NCBI GenBank assembly: GCA_973895155.1
Contig: OZ316898.1
Location: 13,980,330-14,044,329 of the forward strand
Origin: Marsupella aquatica
Taxonomy: Eukaryota > Plantae > Marchantiophyta
Length of the DNA stretch: 64,000 bases
Reading direction: 5' to 3'
The position numbers were made by a program, and so were the translations under genes. The first letter of the stretch is position 1. Each line of letters begins with the position of its first letter. Shown piece by piece: positions 27,011 through 41,951 of this stretch. Below the pieces are notes generated by a model that did not search any database, was not told the DNA's origin, and saw only the letters and a program-made list of their open reading frames with translations.

Positions 27011-28516
27011 CAGGTTTGGAGCTTTATGTCCTTTGGCAGTGTCATATAGCAGAGTATGATGTTGCTTTGATCCCAATCATGTTTTTAGGCATGAAATGGT
27101 GATTAGCACAACTATAGAAAAATAGATTCACAGGTCTGGCGCTAGTGGGCTCTCGTCTCCACGTAGCTGTCGGGGTGCCGCTGCAGAAACGCGGGACATA
27201 GCCTCATTTGTATTACTAAGATGCTAGCCAGCCCTAAGTTAGTGGCCAATTGTTCACATTACTCCCGAAGCATAGAAGACAAGGTTATGCTCACCATTAT
27301 CTAGTAGAGAGTTTCCAACTTCGAAAATTGACTCTTGAAGGACTGTCGAAGGAAAGCCAATGATGTCAACAGTTACGGAAAAAGAGCCCAGAGTGTATGG
27401 TTAGGAATCATTCCTGCCCGTTTTGGATTTTAGTAAACAGACCGCACATGCAAATGCCCGTATGCGGGCTCGCTTATTATAAAGCTTTGATACCATTCTT
27501 TTTGAAGCTAATCTGCTACAGCAAGCTATTTGCTCTGAGCAGTTAATAGACACAAGGAGAAGACCTAGCAGATGGATATATGATGTGCTAAGAAAGATCT
27601 AATGTGTTGACAAAATACATTAAACGATTGTTTTACAGCACGATGCTTCACTGTAGGCCATGAAATAGTACTCTGGAATATGATCTATAATTCTCATATC
27701 AATACTGAGCAATATCTGCAATTGCATGATAGTAAAGGATATCCAATACTTCAGATATGATCATGTGTTATGTAATTTTGTGATATGTACAAATAAACAT
27801 TGTTCGAGGGATTATGCTCATATTCTGATAAGTTTATGGTGTATAAATAGTATGTTGTGGGGTTATGTAAAAGGTTGATCTCTCTCAAAATTCAATAACC
27901 GTGTAAACTCAACCCTGTAACTTTGCAGAATCTGACTAATTAATGGACATTCAAACCCAGCGGTCCAGCACAAACACTCTGAAGAATTCATGCGAGTGAA
28001 TCCGGGCACTTTGAGTTGACCCAAATCTCAGAGTCATGCAGAGCTTCCAATAAAACTGAGATACGGCCAATTGCGAGGCAACAGTCTATGCCCTTCCATG
28101 AATTTTGAGGTGAGACCAATTCCAAAAGCACTGATAAGCATCCAAGTATTTAGAGATTAGCCGTCTCCAGGAGTGAAAGTGCCAGGTTCCACCGTAATCG
28201 AAGGAGACGCCTCGCAACTTACTACAGGCTTTCCAGATACAGATATGCTCCTTTTGTGGTGAATATTCAAGAATAAGACCTGGGAGATCGGGGTGTACAT
28301 CTAGAAAGTGACGGCTATTATTCAGAGATGTCGGATTGTGTATGCACTTTTACCATAATGTGCAGAATTCCGCGCTGCAGCTCATGGTTTGCAAAGTAGA
28401 TCCATGTACCCTGATAAATACTGACAGAAGGTGTGCCATGTTCTGCACCCCTCGCAAACCACAATCAAGACAACATACAGTGATCGAAAGTACTACTCGA
28501 AGTATATTCATGGTAT

Positions 28517-31246
28517 TTACCCATCTTCATCATCTTCACAATCATAGTCCTCCTCATCTGGGTGCGTATGCCTATCTTGTAATTGCCCCATCCCTAGCTC
28601 TGGTATATCTACAGTGAGTGAGGGTGGCCAGCTGGAAGAAGCTTGTACAGCTTCTTGTTCTTGCTCCTCCTCTTCTTCTTTGACCTCATTGCCGTGCTCT
28701 GCTGCTACATCGCCGTTCTCATCTAAGTCCATGTTTAGGTCAAATTCAAATTTTACTTGTTGTCGACCTGCAGCTATTGAGTCGGCAGGTTCTGATGATC
28801 CTACATCCTCTACCTTCCTACTAGCAGTTACAGAATCGGCCATCTCCCTCTCAGCAGGCCTGTCCATTGGGGATGGAGGGCTTGTGTCAGGGTCGGAGTC
28901 TTCACCCTCTACTGGAGCTCTAACTCCGTTTCTTCCCCTGCCTCTGCCTCTACCTCGGCCCCTGCCACGTCCCCTACTAGATGTTGCAGGTAGACTCTCC
29001 TGTTTACTCACATTATGACGAGCGGTCGATATTAAAACTCTCTTTGACCTAGACATTCTAAAAACAGAAAAGACTAATTACGTGGAAATCCAAATCTTAC
29101 CACTTACTCGAAAACCTGCTGAATGATACAAATGACCCTAAAAACAGCGAAGTGCAGAGGAGAAAGCTTGCAATGTGTCTTACAGCTCTAGGACGCTTTA
29201 CATCTTCCTCGTCGCTGTCGTCATTATCTCCATCTGATGCTTTCCTGTAACAAATTAGATGGAACTTAATTACTCCGATCTGAACATGAGAGCAATTTTG
29301 ATGGTGACACCATCTAGATGAAAGAATGCACCAAAGCTATACAGTTTCCATATTAAAACATGCTATCCTCGAGTCGTCATTTAAGAATTAAGAAATCGTA
29401 ACGAAATTTTCCACTATGCCTTCAGGGACATGCCCAATACCACTAAATTAACAATCATCATCTATACCGTCTGTTTACCTTCTGCGCCCACTGCCATTTC
29501 GCTCCTCTTGATTCATGTCCGTTCCAATATCAGGTACTTTGGAAACAATCTCTGTCAGAAAGTCGAAAACACTGTTCTGCTGTACACATTGTTTCCTGTG
29601 GAACCGGAGAAAACGGGAAAAATCAGGCAAAATAAAAATTTCGAAACGACACAGAAGAAGAGACGACCTTTTCACTAAATTTCACCAATAATAAACTTCA
29701 ACTGTTCAACAGACAAACTGTTCTAAGATAACGCTAAGAATCCTCAAATCGTCAAACGATAAGGGTTTAACTAAAAAAGTTCTACTCGCAGGTGATGCTA
29801 CATGAACACAAAACCCATGTTAGTTAGCGCTGCTACATTATGTACCTCCTTGACATGAACTTGCAGGTGCCGCTAGAGGTGAGAGTACTCACAAATGCAG
29901 GGAACTCATGGTCTTGGCTCCTCTTCGTACGGTTATTTCATATGTCTTGTTACAGAGATTCTGCAGGAAAAGCTCCAGCGCCTTAGCTGTGGCAGAGTAG
30001 AGCAAACGTAGACGTAAGAAATTTTGTTCGAGACGGAAAACCTTGACGCCAGAAACCAGACCCCGTTTCACATTTGTCAATTCCCTGTTGCCGAGACTAC
30101 AGGCTTACACACGAAGAGACGGTACTTCGTGCATACTTTCTGCTTTCTTAGGTTTCCAGAAGCATCGGTAAAAAATCGAGACGATTGTAAGTCAAATACC
30201 CTCCATGAACGTCGAAGTTGAAAGGGAGAGGGGGATCATACATATCAAGACAGGCGTTGCCATCGCTATCTTGCCAACATCCTCGTCAGCCTGCATAATT
30301 TTCTTTATTCGTGCCTGCACAAAAGCATTGGAAAAGTACATGATGAAGGTCAGTTCAAGCTTCTTCGTTCGCTTGAACTCAGACAAACTTGCTCAGTCGC
30401 CAAAATTAATGAGAGATCATGGACAGGACCTAAGTGCGCAGTGCAGGTCGGCATTTTGCGGGAAGGATATCTCCCTCAAACAAGACGAGACAAAACTGCA
30501 TGCTGGGCTATCACAATGTCAGGAAAAGTTTAACTTATTTAAAAACCATGCCTGTATAGAGATGATTTTGTTGAAAAAGGACGGGTGGAGAACGCGTGCT
30601 TAAAGCAGTAAGACCACGAATATGTTGAGCGGGAGAAATAGTCTTCAAGGCACAACAACGTCTGCCCTTAAGTGTTTACGCAGCACTGTCAACGGTGAAC
30701 GTGGGACGCCTCTGTGCATAGTGTAAACCAATCGGACAATATACCGCTCCCGACTAGCTCAAAACTTGTTCGCGTGATCAGGCGGTGGGACACACACGTT
30801 TGTAGTCCCACCCTGTCTCTCATTTTCAAGCCCTGTCTTGAAATAATCGCCTAATCAGAAGGCGCTTGGCTGAAAGCAAGATGAAGCGATGGCAAGAAGA
30901 CTACGATATTATTGAAAACGAGAAACTGATTATCCATATTGATGGACTTTAACGACGACGAGATGATGACTTCACAAGTAGGAGAGCATTCCCACTAAGT
31001 GACTATCTGAAAGACAGTAGAGCGACGGCCGAGGGAATACACCTGCCAGAGAAAACTAAAAACATGTCGCGGGGTACGTGAAGTTTAGGTCAAGAAACCC
31101 CACGCCAGTCGTAAAAGTGCTTTCGTACCCAGGCGTGCATTTTAAACAGAGCCCGAGAGTGCGTTATGCAAGAAACATCGACTGTACGGGAAAAGAACGA
31201 ATGATGAACTCACCGCAGGAAAACGAGTGTCCAACTTCTTCTTCAT
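28517..31246 (-). CDS. DRAP1: Dr1-associated corepressor / NC2 alpha (NF-YC-like histone fold), 286 aa, 6 exons
   Basis: Exons 31246-31214 (MKKKLDTRFPA), 30314-30242 (ARIKKIMQADEDVGKIA), 29986-29893 (KALELFLQNLC), 29595-29479 (KQCVQQNSVFDFLTEIVSKVPD), 29244-29184, 28999-28517 (RG repeats, FDLN EAR-like motif, DEEDYD tail). Total 861 nt in frame. Confidence 0.93.
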
Positions 31247-32335
31247 CGTGAATCTCAACGAGAAAGGTTCCTTCCTTCAGACTTTTTCAGAGAAACTCCA
31301 CTTGTAATTTCCGAACGGCTTCAACCTAATACTTCGAAGGTAACAACCCCCGTCCAGTAAGAACGGCATAAGAAGCCCTTCATTCCCGTGCTGCCATTTC
31401 CTGTTGCCGCGCTTTTCACGATACCGACGACACTAATCCCTAAACTCCTATGTGCTGTATCATTTTCTCCTCTCGCCTCCGAAATCTTATACCGCGCACT
31501 CCTGTCCACTTTCCACGTCCTTCCGTCGAAAGGTTCATTGCCCCTCCTCAGTCTTCGCCATTTCCAAAAGGCCTGCTACGCCCTTCCACCACAGACCACT
31601 ATCAACTATTCTAAGCACTTCACGACGCGGTCGAAACACAGACGAGCTGCTGCGTTGCATACTACCTCACCTCGTCGCACTCCTCTTCGACCGCCGAACG
31701 TACCGCCTCTAATCCGCACATATCGCCGCGCATAAGCGCAAAACGAAATAGCCAAGCACTTTCCGCCGCCACCTTCGCCAAAACAGAGACACACAACTCT
31801 TTCACCTCCGATTACGCCTCCATCACCCTTCCAACTCCTCTATCCCGCCAATCCGCTAGAGCCGTAATCTACCGTGATAGTAGTCTCCCCTTCCACCACT
31901 CCAGCGACTTCGCCACTTTGCAGCGCTCAACTCAACTCAACTCCCTCGTCGTTCTTGTCTCTCGGCCAAGGCCAAGTCCGCTCCCACCATTCGCGCTTCG
32001 CGGTTGGCCCGATTTGAACGCACAGCACAGGTTACATTATCTTCCAGTACCACCTGAATCCTGTTTTGTCCAAGCTGCAAAGGACAAACTTGTACTCACA
32101 TTCAAGAGTCGGGAGCAGCAACCGAAGCATGATTTTGACTTCCCATCGTAGCTTCCCTATAAGCTTATTCTTCGTCAAACCATCCTCCTATTAGTGTGCG
32201 CAAAAGTCCCTCCTACGGTCAGCTCACTCACACGCCGGGCCGCCATAGCCAACCCCTTGCTCGCCCGCCAACGAACCAATAAACCTCCCCCGTCTTCCCG
32301 CTCCCTGCTACTACTACTCACTGTACTCAAAACAC

Positions 32336-32400
32336 ACCCTCGTCCCCGTCCCGTCCCGTTCACTTGCCCTCGTCCTGTCCTGTCCCGTCCCGTCCGTCAG
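32336..32400. repeat. (CGTCC)n-like repeat upstream of DRAP1 (GGGAC runs on the sense strand)
   Basis: Visible directly in the sequence. Confidence 0.8.
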
Positions 32401-32759
32401 TCCCTCCCGCCACCGACTCTAGACCGGAGCAGCCTTGCGTGCGGGGTCCAATCTTCGTCACCGCACGTCCCGTGGTTTCTATTCGGTTCAAATGTTGTTG
32501 TTCTTCGGGGTCTTCTTGCAGGCGTAGACCCCAATCTGACCGTTGATTTTTCGGTACGGATGGACCCTGGCTCAGTCGCTCGCTCGTGGGCTTTTTTTTG
32601 GTTTGTTTTTTGTGTGTGTTTTTGGGTTTTTACAAAGAATTTGACATAGTGTGTAATGGTAAGGACGTATCCCAATTGGCCTGAAGTTAATTAATGAATG
32701 TTTAACACATGTTCTGAACTTCTCTAACTAGTTTTCTAACCATCAAGCAGTCAATCTGC

Positions 32760-34220
32760 TGCTCTTTCATCATCATTCCATGGCGCCTTTTCAGGAGTTG
32801 CTCTTGGGGTTTCATAATAGGGTGTCTCAAACTTTCAGGCCTGCAGAAAAAATCTGTTCTAAATTATGGAAAAGAAACTTGTCCTGAAACTAACTATTAT
32901 TAAAGCTGGTGGAACCAAAACCGAGCACCTTGTGGCAGGGTAATCCTTAGGTGTGACCTATGTCAGCCTCGGGGAAGGAGAAAATGCTAGGAATTTCCAT
33001 AATCTGTTTTCTATAATTTATGTACTAGCCATTAGACGTCTGGATTTAAGGTTTTTTGTGTATTATTTCCTAATCATCATATGCTCCTAGATTAAGGATG
33101 ATCTTTAGATTGTGGAGAATGGGGGCTTCGACTCGGTGGGAAACAATCTAGCAATTTATTGGCCAAAAGTAGCAGTATGTTTTTGGGGAGGTGGAATTGG
33201 CGAAAATTTGAATCCAAAAAGTACGCTGCCTTGAGGTACTCTCGATTACGGTGTCAGGATTTAGCACCATTATTTTATTACAGTTTTGGGCTCCACTGTA
33301 CTTTTGAGGGGAATTTGTAGTGGAGTTATAAGCTGAGATAGGATCCTTTTCCTAAAGGCTTTATTTGGATACGAGTTTCTAAGCTCCTATAGGGTTTATA
33401 GACAACACCAGCCTGACTGCCTATTTTCATAAGTAGAGCTCTTGTGCTTTCAGTTCCAACGTAGGGGTGCCCCAAAGTCACGGCCTCCTGTAGATCAGTG
33501 CCACACGAGTCATCATGATCACCAAGATGAAATTAAGACCTCAGACCAGTTGGTCCTGTTGAATTCATAGGTTTGTTATCAAATGTTTGATTGATTTGAA
33601 AAGACACAGAAACCACTCCCGTTACCTACACTTGGCTAGGGAAGCAGGAAGCTGCTAGGCAGAGGAAACGTTTAAGCCATAATTTTTGTAGTGACCTCTC
33701 TAAAAAGTCTTTGTCACTTTTAGCAAAAATGCACTAGGTTTTGATTTTCCATTGGCCACTTTCTCAGCTAGCAACAAACCCCTTTGGCCAGAATCTAATG
33801 GCCATATATCTAAGGAGATGACAGTCAGAAGTAATTGAAGAAAATTAGACAAGGATCTGATCTCTTCCACTCTCAAACTTTGTGAGGTAATAGATAGGAC
33901 ATTAAAGAACTTGCCGGAAAAAGTTTAGATTAAAGAAAGATCCAATAAGCTGTCCAATTAAATGCAATTATTTGTCAATCAACAAATTACAGTTGGTTGG
34001 CGTGTCTGGAAAAACCACTTGGAGCATCCCGGGGAGGATCCTTAGCAAAAATGAAACATTATTCCGTATTAGATGGGCTGAACAAACCCCTCATCCATCC
34101 AGGAAACAAAAGCCTGGATGGACTGGCACGTTTGCCCCCGTTATCCCCATGGACTGTGACAGGGGCATACCATTTTACACCTAATCATGAAATAATTCAA
34201 CTGCAAATGAATGATAAATT
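32760..34220 (-). mobile_element. Heavily decayed TE-like sequence, possibly non-LTR
   Basis: CpG-poor with stop-interrupted coding-like patches (e.g. SIQAFVSWMDEGFV); no diagnostic domain recognised. Confidence 0.2.
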
Positions 34221-35625
34221 CTTTCATTAATTGTTCACCTATATTTATATCAGTCTAAGAACATTATTGCTTACCTCAATGTCAAATTGAGAATGTATAT
34301 AAATGGAATGGAGTGAAGATGCACATTTAAAATCTTCCTTAGCTCCATAGTGGCAAAGTACTCAAAGCGCTCTTTGTAACAAGAGCAGCGCTATATGAAA
34401 TATATGATTTTTGGTAGATTTGTTTCCAAAAACATTACTTGTAGTTTTTCTCTAAAAACTTTCAGTCGTGCTCTCTGAAAAATTCAATTCATCAACAATA
34501 CTCCCCCCCCCAAAAAAAATTCCCAATTAGCTCTATAGCAATAAATTTATAAAAACACTATTTATAACAAAAACAATGGTTTCTGAAAATAGTATTTTAC
34601 AACAATGGTTATGCAAATTAGAATTTCCTTGGCTCCATAATGAAAAAATTACTATAATCTCAGTAACAAGAGCAATCTATAACTATAATAAGGGATCCTG
34701 TCTTTTTTCGTCCTTGGTCACCATACAAAAAAGTTTCTAGGCGGGAAAGATCCACAGCCGTTAGATTTGATTAGCTGTTTTTGTTCACCATTGATGAGAG
34801 AAATGTACACCCCTATCACGTATTTGTTTCCCGCTGCCCCGTAATGCCCCCGGCCAATCCCTATGGGCCTGCCCTCCTTGCACAGTGCAAAGCACTGGCA
34901 TAGGGCTTGTGCTCTATAAAAAACAACATTACGTAAAAATATTTCTGGAAGTCGGATAGTCATTCCGTAAATTATCAATGCCCTAGAATCTCAAGAAAAT
35001 AGGTAGAAAAGCTGTAATTTATTTATGAAAAATTGAGCTTATTTGGGCTTTAGACTTGACCCCTAACCTCCTTGGTGGGAATTGTTTCCTTAATTCATGA
35101 GTTATTTGTGCTACTCTGGTGCCCCTTTTTGCAGGGCTTATAAACATAAAATATATATTTTTGAGTAAATTAGATTCATTTGGTTTTTACCATTCAGCAA
35201 ACTTACTTAAGGTGGTATGAGTGAAGCACTCAATCTACTCAAAATGTCATCTCCCATGAAGGTTAGATAATGTATTTATATAAGTACCTAAATGTGCTTT
35301 ACATTTTATCTTTTTTATTAAACTCTAAAAAATGGATAAAATAACTGTGGAGGGGAAAGAGTTGGAAGAATGAAGCGCAAGAGTTGGAAGAATGAAGCGT
35401 GAGTTTCAATTAAAGAGCTTTGGCCTCTGTTAGTGTATTTTTTAAGACAAAAATGGTGACAGAGTTTACTGATAAGGACATAAATGATGATTTGGTTATT
35501 TACAGTGTATTTTTTGGACAGAAGAAAAATAATAAAATATGCAAGCATATTTTTATGTTTTAATCAAGTCCATACAGGTTTAACTTATCCATGAAGGTTT
35601 CATGGACAACGTGTAGGTCCATCTG

Positions 35626-35812
35626 GGTGCGAACAAAGTCTACTCTTAAGGGCCTAGGGTCTAGAGTGAAGCCTCTAGACTGTGAACCCTAGTACAGAAA
35701 AAAATGATTATAAATCTCAATTAAAAAACACTTAAAATGAGTATTAACGAAATAACATACAAATATTATTGTGCAAGATTTATTTTCTTTATATTTATTT
35801 ACGTTCAAGGAA
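35626..35812 (+). mobile_element. Truncated fragment of the 20308-family Helitron-like repeat
   Basis: ~190 bp colinear with the reverse complement of 20321-20510; many differences are at CpG sites. Confidence 0.8.
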
Positions 35813-36214
35813 GGCATTCAACAAATTCATGACAAATTGTAAAGTGAAATGTTAAACCCCTAAATATGGATGATCGGATGAGTACGTGCTGTAATTTTTT
35901 TCAAATGAGTGCTGTACTAAGTTTTTTGCTAGATTCTAAGTACGTACTGTAATTAAAGGCCACGGTATGCAATAAGTAATTTAAGTGTAATGCTATGATG
36001 ATAAAATTCTTGTGACTGGTGATGCATCCTATCTTTTTGAACTGTACGCACAACGATATTTTCAACTAGCTTGGAAGGGAGAAAAGGACCAATGTACTAA
36101 AAAGGGGCCAAAGTACAATAATAACAAGGTCAAAGAGTACCAGTAAGGACATGAAACTCAAAAGAAGAGGGCAAATGCAAACCCCCAAAATCATCCTAAT
36201 ATTTAGTGAAGGGA

Positions 36215-36599
36215 ACTAGTGAAGACTCTAGACCATAAATCTCAATCTCAATACAAACAAAACAGATAACAAGTGCTTATAGTCCATAGTGAAACTTCTA
36301 GACAAAATTAATGCGTCTTTAATCTCAATACAAACAAAACAGATAACAAGTGCTTTACAGTCCATAGTGAAACTTCTATACAAAATTAATGCGTCTTTAT
36401 AAGGACAAAACTTAAAATGAGGGTGGACAGTAGACAAAGATGGGGCCAAGATAACAAAACTCACATTGACAAATGAAAACTGAAATGAGAGTGGATAAAA
36501 AACAGGGATTGAAGGAAAATAGAATATAATTTGTTTTGTGCAAGATTTTTTTATTCTTTCATATCTATTCACGGTTCAAGGAAGGGGTAATTATGCTAG
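36215..36599 (+). mobile_element. Helitron-like 3' end (same family) with an internal 77-bp tandem duplication
   Basis: Ends GGTTCAAGGAAGGGGTAATTATG-CTAG|T (CTAG at 36596-36599). Duplication 36244-36320 / 36321-36399. Confidence 0.7.
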
Positions 36600-37804
36600 T
36601 AAAAATAATAATGTGACTAACTAATGGCTCACATCTACAATCATATCAACGAAGTTTTCAAGGGACATGGATGGACTCAACGAGGCTTGCCTACGTTAAG
36701 GCAAAGAAATGGATCTGTACAAGAGAGCTTCTCTGGTGAGTCTCAATCATGCTATGGGAGCAAGCGCTTATTTAACTCTACAAAAGAACCCACCATAATG
36801 TATGAAAAATATTCAATGTTCAGACACTACAGTACGTATTCAGTTCGAATAGCACTTCACCAAGGAGCAAAAAGTAACATACCAGATGGTCACAGTGTGT
36901 ACAACGATCTTTGTTAGTCCCTAGTATATTCCGACAGCACTCAACCTTAACCTGTCCAGCCTCTCATGAACAACTTTGTGAGTGTGTAAATAAGAGAGAG
37001 AACGAACGATTGCACTTTTCAGCCAGAGTAAGATAATGATTCTGTATCCTTTACTTCACGTGACAGACATCTTTCAAAGCAATACTCCTGCCTAACAGTC
37101 ATAATTAAGTGGCCCTCTTACTGAAATAGACGTTCTCGAAACGGCGACTAGATGCAAATCAAATTTGACAGAGTTCGAGCTGAGTTTAAATACTGCCGTA
37201 GGATCTCAATAACAGCCAGATTGAAACTACAGTACCTGCGAAAACACTCTGAAACATAATAGGAAAAACTCCTTATATAATCCCGACGCGTTCAGAAACT
37301 TTTGCAGTAAAAACACTCCGTGTTCAGGAAGAGCAGAGAAGCATAACATGAAGAACTCTGTAATTCCCATCACATCGTTTTGCGGTAAAAGCAATGCAGG
37401 CCTACCAGAAATGCGAAGGCACTCTCGAACCTCTCTTTTACTTTATATTTCTCGCACCTCAACAAAATTCTTTCAATCTGGCAAATTTCAATATTACGAT
37501 TGCTCTATAGATGCCACTACCTCCTCTGGAAAGAGCATCGTCAACTATCCAAATAATACACTCAGCCGAGAATGATAGTCAGCAATTATTTGCAAGAATT
37601 GCTTAAGAGGACCAGTGAAGGTCGATGCGTGCTGAAGTCCCAGTTGTCCCTCATGGAAATCTGCCCTGCCAAATAGGAAATGCTATCTTTCAGTGAGCAA
37701 CTTGTGATAAACGTTCGATTTAGAGTGCAATTTCGAATTGGAAATACAGAGTGAGCACATAGCATTACCCCTATTAAATGACCCTAGGTCGAAAAGTACG
37801 GTAC

Positions 37805-40800
37805 TTACGAATGCAAATTGTTCGTGTTCGGGGGTGCCAAACCGAGCCATGCGGAGCTTTTGGCCTTGGAGCATTTCTCAGGAACAACAATCTCGTGAAA
37901 GGATTTTTGCGTGGTTGATCGGATCCCTTCCATTCGGTGTTTCTCACTGGGCGCCAGTCGTTGCTCCATCTCCAATACAGCTTTCAGCACAAGATGCTCA
38001 GCTCTGTAACCGGAATCTTTTGAAGGATTTGCTAGCGTCTTATCTAAGGATGAATTTGCCTCAGAAAACGATGGTAAATTGAGAGACTCACTTGCATCGC
38101 AGTGTGCTGCTGTGACTGCTGAAAGAAAACTTTGCGGATAATCTCCACTAGTGTGGGCGGACTGTGTACCTGATCTCATCGGCAAGTGGTAGGTCTGACC
38201 TTGGTGGAATAGCCTACATTGAGTAGCATCAGGATAAGCTGTTATCGCAGGTGAATATTCTGGAGTAGAACCAACAAATGAATTGGAAGTATGTGTCAAG
38301 TTGGGAAGCTGATTTCGCGACACAAGTTGGATGTCTCTCGCTTTGGCAGGTTTTCGGTGCACCCAAACGGACGCGTGCGCTTCAATTTTTTTGAAGCACG
38401 TAGCTCGAAATTGGCTCCCTTCTGCTGTCATCCCCTTTATTCTGTTGTGTTCTGAATAATGGTCGGGAAGCACTGTAACTTGAGGTCTTTCGCCAACTAC
38501 GGAGTCAGTTGACGGCAAACAGAAGTTTGCGTGAGGTTGGAAATTTGGTGTGAATTGATCTTTACTGTCAGATCTCGTAATGCTGTAGAGAACACGTGCT
38601 GAAGCATCCTCACGAGAAGTTGCTGCGCTGTGACCAACGTAAGGTGCAGTACTCGTGGCGGGGGGAGTTCCTGGTGATAAAACGCCTTCTGTCCAAGCAC
38701 TGAAAGCTCCTCTCTGAGGAATAATCATGCCCCCAGGCCCAAAGCAACGACGAGCAGGAGCGGTATACGTCTCCACTTCAGTTTGTATGCCCCAATTCAC
38801 TCCAGAGCTAGGTCGAGAATGACCACGTCTATTTGGTTCATTACCACAAGAGATGAATGAATCTGCTTGAACTCTACGTTTACTTCTATCAATCTCCTCA
38901 CGGGACATTTGGTGGTCCGCTGGGGAGGAAGTCCTTGCGAAGCAATTTGTCGTATCGAGAGCAATCCTTGCAGGGTGCTCTGGAGCTGAGGTTGGGTCAC
39001 GACCACCAAGCTGACAGGTAATTAGTGACCTCGATTCAATAGCACCACTATTGCCTTCTGTTGATGTTAGCTTGGTATGCTCTGCTTGCGAGAGTCCGAG
39101 TCCCATCATTGTAAAGTGAACATAATCCTGGAAATCACAGACCAGAAGTAAAGCTCAGCTGATTTTAAGAACTGTGGGGTCAGAGCCAGCATCGGGGGGA
39201 TACTCAAAGATCATTCAAGCTTTGAATGCAAACTGACTGTTCCTACGTAATCTATTCGTCCAGTCAGTGTGGATCTGCTTCTGGAAGCATGATCGACAAG
39301 TAGGGCATGGACTAGCTCATTAATTAAGGTGCACAAAAACGGGAACATATCCTGGCCGAAGGGCGACAACTATGTCGACCAATTTCGGATTTAATAATTA
39401 TGGTTGTCCACGGTATTACTTCTTAACGATCCTATCACTGAGACTTGAAATTTACCTCGATGATAGCTACAGACTTCTGAACGGCTGACAGGTCCATCTC
39501 TAATTGACTCTTAGCTTCTGTCGAAATCTTGCAGGTTGATCTCGCTTCCTGGACATGTAACATTTGATCATGAGACTGAGCAGTAGAGTAAGAAGAAAGT
39601 CCGGAACCGATGCACTTAAGTAATAAGTAGGTCCTGAAAAAAAAGCTTAAAGAAAGTCAGACAACATATTACAGTCAATGAAGTGGGACAGCAGCTCAAC
39701 AGTATCTCGAAATCAATTGTACAGCCTATCCAGGTAACGTGCACGTGCAGCTTGATGCCGGCAGTTAGCAATAGTCGAAGTCTAAATTTAGGACTTTTTA
39801 CTAATTTGGTCGATTGTGATCAATCCACAATACTCAGGTCTGTCATAGAACTAGTCATTATCCATGCACATGTGTTTCACTTGAACTTTCACCCCATTGA
39901 CCACAGTTCTAGTTTTAATGCTTAATTCCTTTCTCAAGTCATGACTAGTTTGGATCACCTGGTCATTTTCTGTTGTGGTCTTATGCTCCTCTTCCTGTAA
40001 ACCTTCCTTAAGCTTCAGCTCAGGAGTTCTTGTCTCTCGACTCCTCGATCTCGTCACTTGCAACGAGAGTGATTGGAGGTCACTGCATACTCGAGAAGGA
40101 ACACAACATATATTAATTCATTAGATGAAGGGGATGCTGTTCGACATGAGAAGTAGATGAACAATACATGCAGTCGAGATCTGCATCGATAATAGCCCTG
40201 CTCTTCCTCGTAATTATTATTTTGTACGTCAAGAAAACTATGAATTCCAATACCTTCGAACCTTGTAGACCTTCTCTTTCAGCTTTTTCAATTCAGCGAC
40301 CTCTGCAGGTGTCATGCCTTGGTTGAAACATCCGTAACCGTAATCTCCTCGTCCAAGCAAGACATCGCCTGGTTTCCATCCAGGCGGTGGAATCCAAGAC
40401 GGATCTTCTATGTTAGCAGCTTTCCTGATCTCCATCAAACTAGCGTCTTCAAGCCAATACTCCATTGCTCCTTCGGCATTATGCCTTCTTCGAAACCGCT
40501 CTCCATTGGCTATAACGGTGTCAGTCATGTGTTTCAGTAAATGGTCGAGAAGTCCTGTATCACCTATGTCCTTTCTCGCTTCTTCACGTAGTGCTGGCCG
40601 CAAAATTGGCTTACCGGGAGCTGCTCCTCTTTGATGCATGATGTCAATCAACTTCAACTGGGCCGATTTGTATCTGAAAGGTGTAATTGTAATTGGTCCG
40701 TCAGCAGTATTGTCCTTTGGCTTAAAATGTGGATTCAGCCACAGTAGTGTAAGATCTTAGAGAACTAAGGGATCTCCACTGTCCAAACAAGAGTAGGACT

Positions 40801-41650
40801 AAGATTCAAGACAGTCTGAACGTACGTGGAATGAAAAGCAAAATCCAATTTATTCTCGACAATTATCGCTACACAAACGTTTGATGAACTTGTTTACTCT
40901 TTCAATGCAGAAGTTTACAACTGTTCATGGCTATAGTTTTTCTATCCGGAGTCATTTGAACCCTACCTCTCCGTAGCCCACCTTCCTCTCATGTCCTTAG
41001 CAAGTTTGAGACCAGAGTTCGAGCATATGTGCGGCCTAGAATTATTGGACTTACTCAATGCATCTTGGCATTTCAAGGAGTCCAACTCATTCAATGCGCC
41101 TAACTCAGTGAACTTTCTTTTGCGTCTTGAATGCATGCGGCTCGATCTCTTGCTTGGCAGGAAGTCCGGAGTTGCTCTACTTTGTCCGAGACTCTCATGG
41201 TGCTCATCATAAAAGTCCAGAATCTTTCTACTTGAAATTTTCTCTGTGTACTCATTACTCTGACCCTTCGTGCTGGTGCCATTCCTATAAGGACTAGATC
41301 CATTACCGGGACGATACCCGGAAGTAGTTCTCCTCACGCTGCGTATCCCCCGCCTGATTTGAGACCTTAAGGAACCTTGGCAGTTACTGTCCTTGAATCG
41401 CTCGTTGACTATTAGGTTTCCTTCACGACTTACAATTATGTCATTACGGGGTCTCAGTTGGGTCAAAGCTTCCACTGCTCCGAGCTCTCCGTTTTCCTCA
41501 TCTTCCAGGTCTTTGTCTGTATCAGTATCAGCATCAGTATCTTTGTCACCGGACAACATCTCAAACTGCATTGTCTTCAACATCCGCGTCGATTGCCGAG
41601 GGAAGTTCACGACGATTGGGAAGTCTATATCAACTCTGAGTACCAAGCAA
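37805..41650 (-). CDS. SWI1: SWITCH1/DYAD/AMEIOTIC1-family meiotic protein (5' exons unresolved)
   Basis: An exon ending at 40967 (GRWATER) splices to 40673-40254 (YKSAQLKLIDIM...ILRPALREEARKDIGDTGLLDHLLKHM...RFRRRHNAEGAMEYWLE...DPSWIPPPGWKPGD). Coiled-coil-like exons start at 40082 and 39548-39456. The last exon 39127-37805 ends SSAWLGLAPP, like the AM1/SWI1 W/E-LALATP tail. Confidence 0.85.
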
Positions 41651-41720
41651 GTGGCCTTCAGACAGCGGCCAAGTAGTCAGACCATTTGGAACGACATGGT
41701 TGGATCCTTATGACCTGAAG

Positions 41721-41951
41721 AATGCGTGATTTAAACATCTACTACATTCAGCGCGTATATCGTGATTTCCTTCTGCACAAGGCAACGTACTAGCGCATGT
41801 TAATCTGAGACACATATAGAAACCCTTCACGAATGCGTGATTTAAACATTTAAGACATTTAGCGCGTATATCATGATTCCTTCTGCACAAGGCAATGTAC
41901 TAGCGCACGTTAAGAAACGTCTGAGACACTGACATATAGAAACCCTTCACG
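41721..41951. repeat. Tandem duplication (111 and 120 bp units) in the 5' part of the SWI1-like gene
   Basis: AATGCGTGATTTAAACAT...CATATAGAAACCCTTCACG at 41721 and 41832. Confidence 0.9.

Noticed and set aside
29000-29056. MSRSKRVLIS... as the start of a separate 179-aa gene
   Set aside because: This is DRAP1 intron 5; the in-phase acceptor AAACAG|GAG at 28999 joins the last exon.
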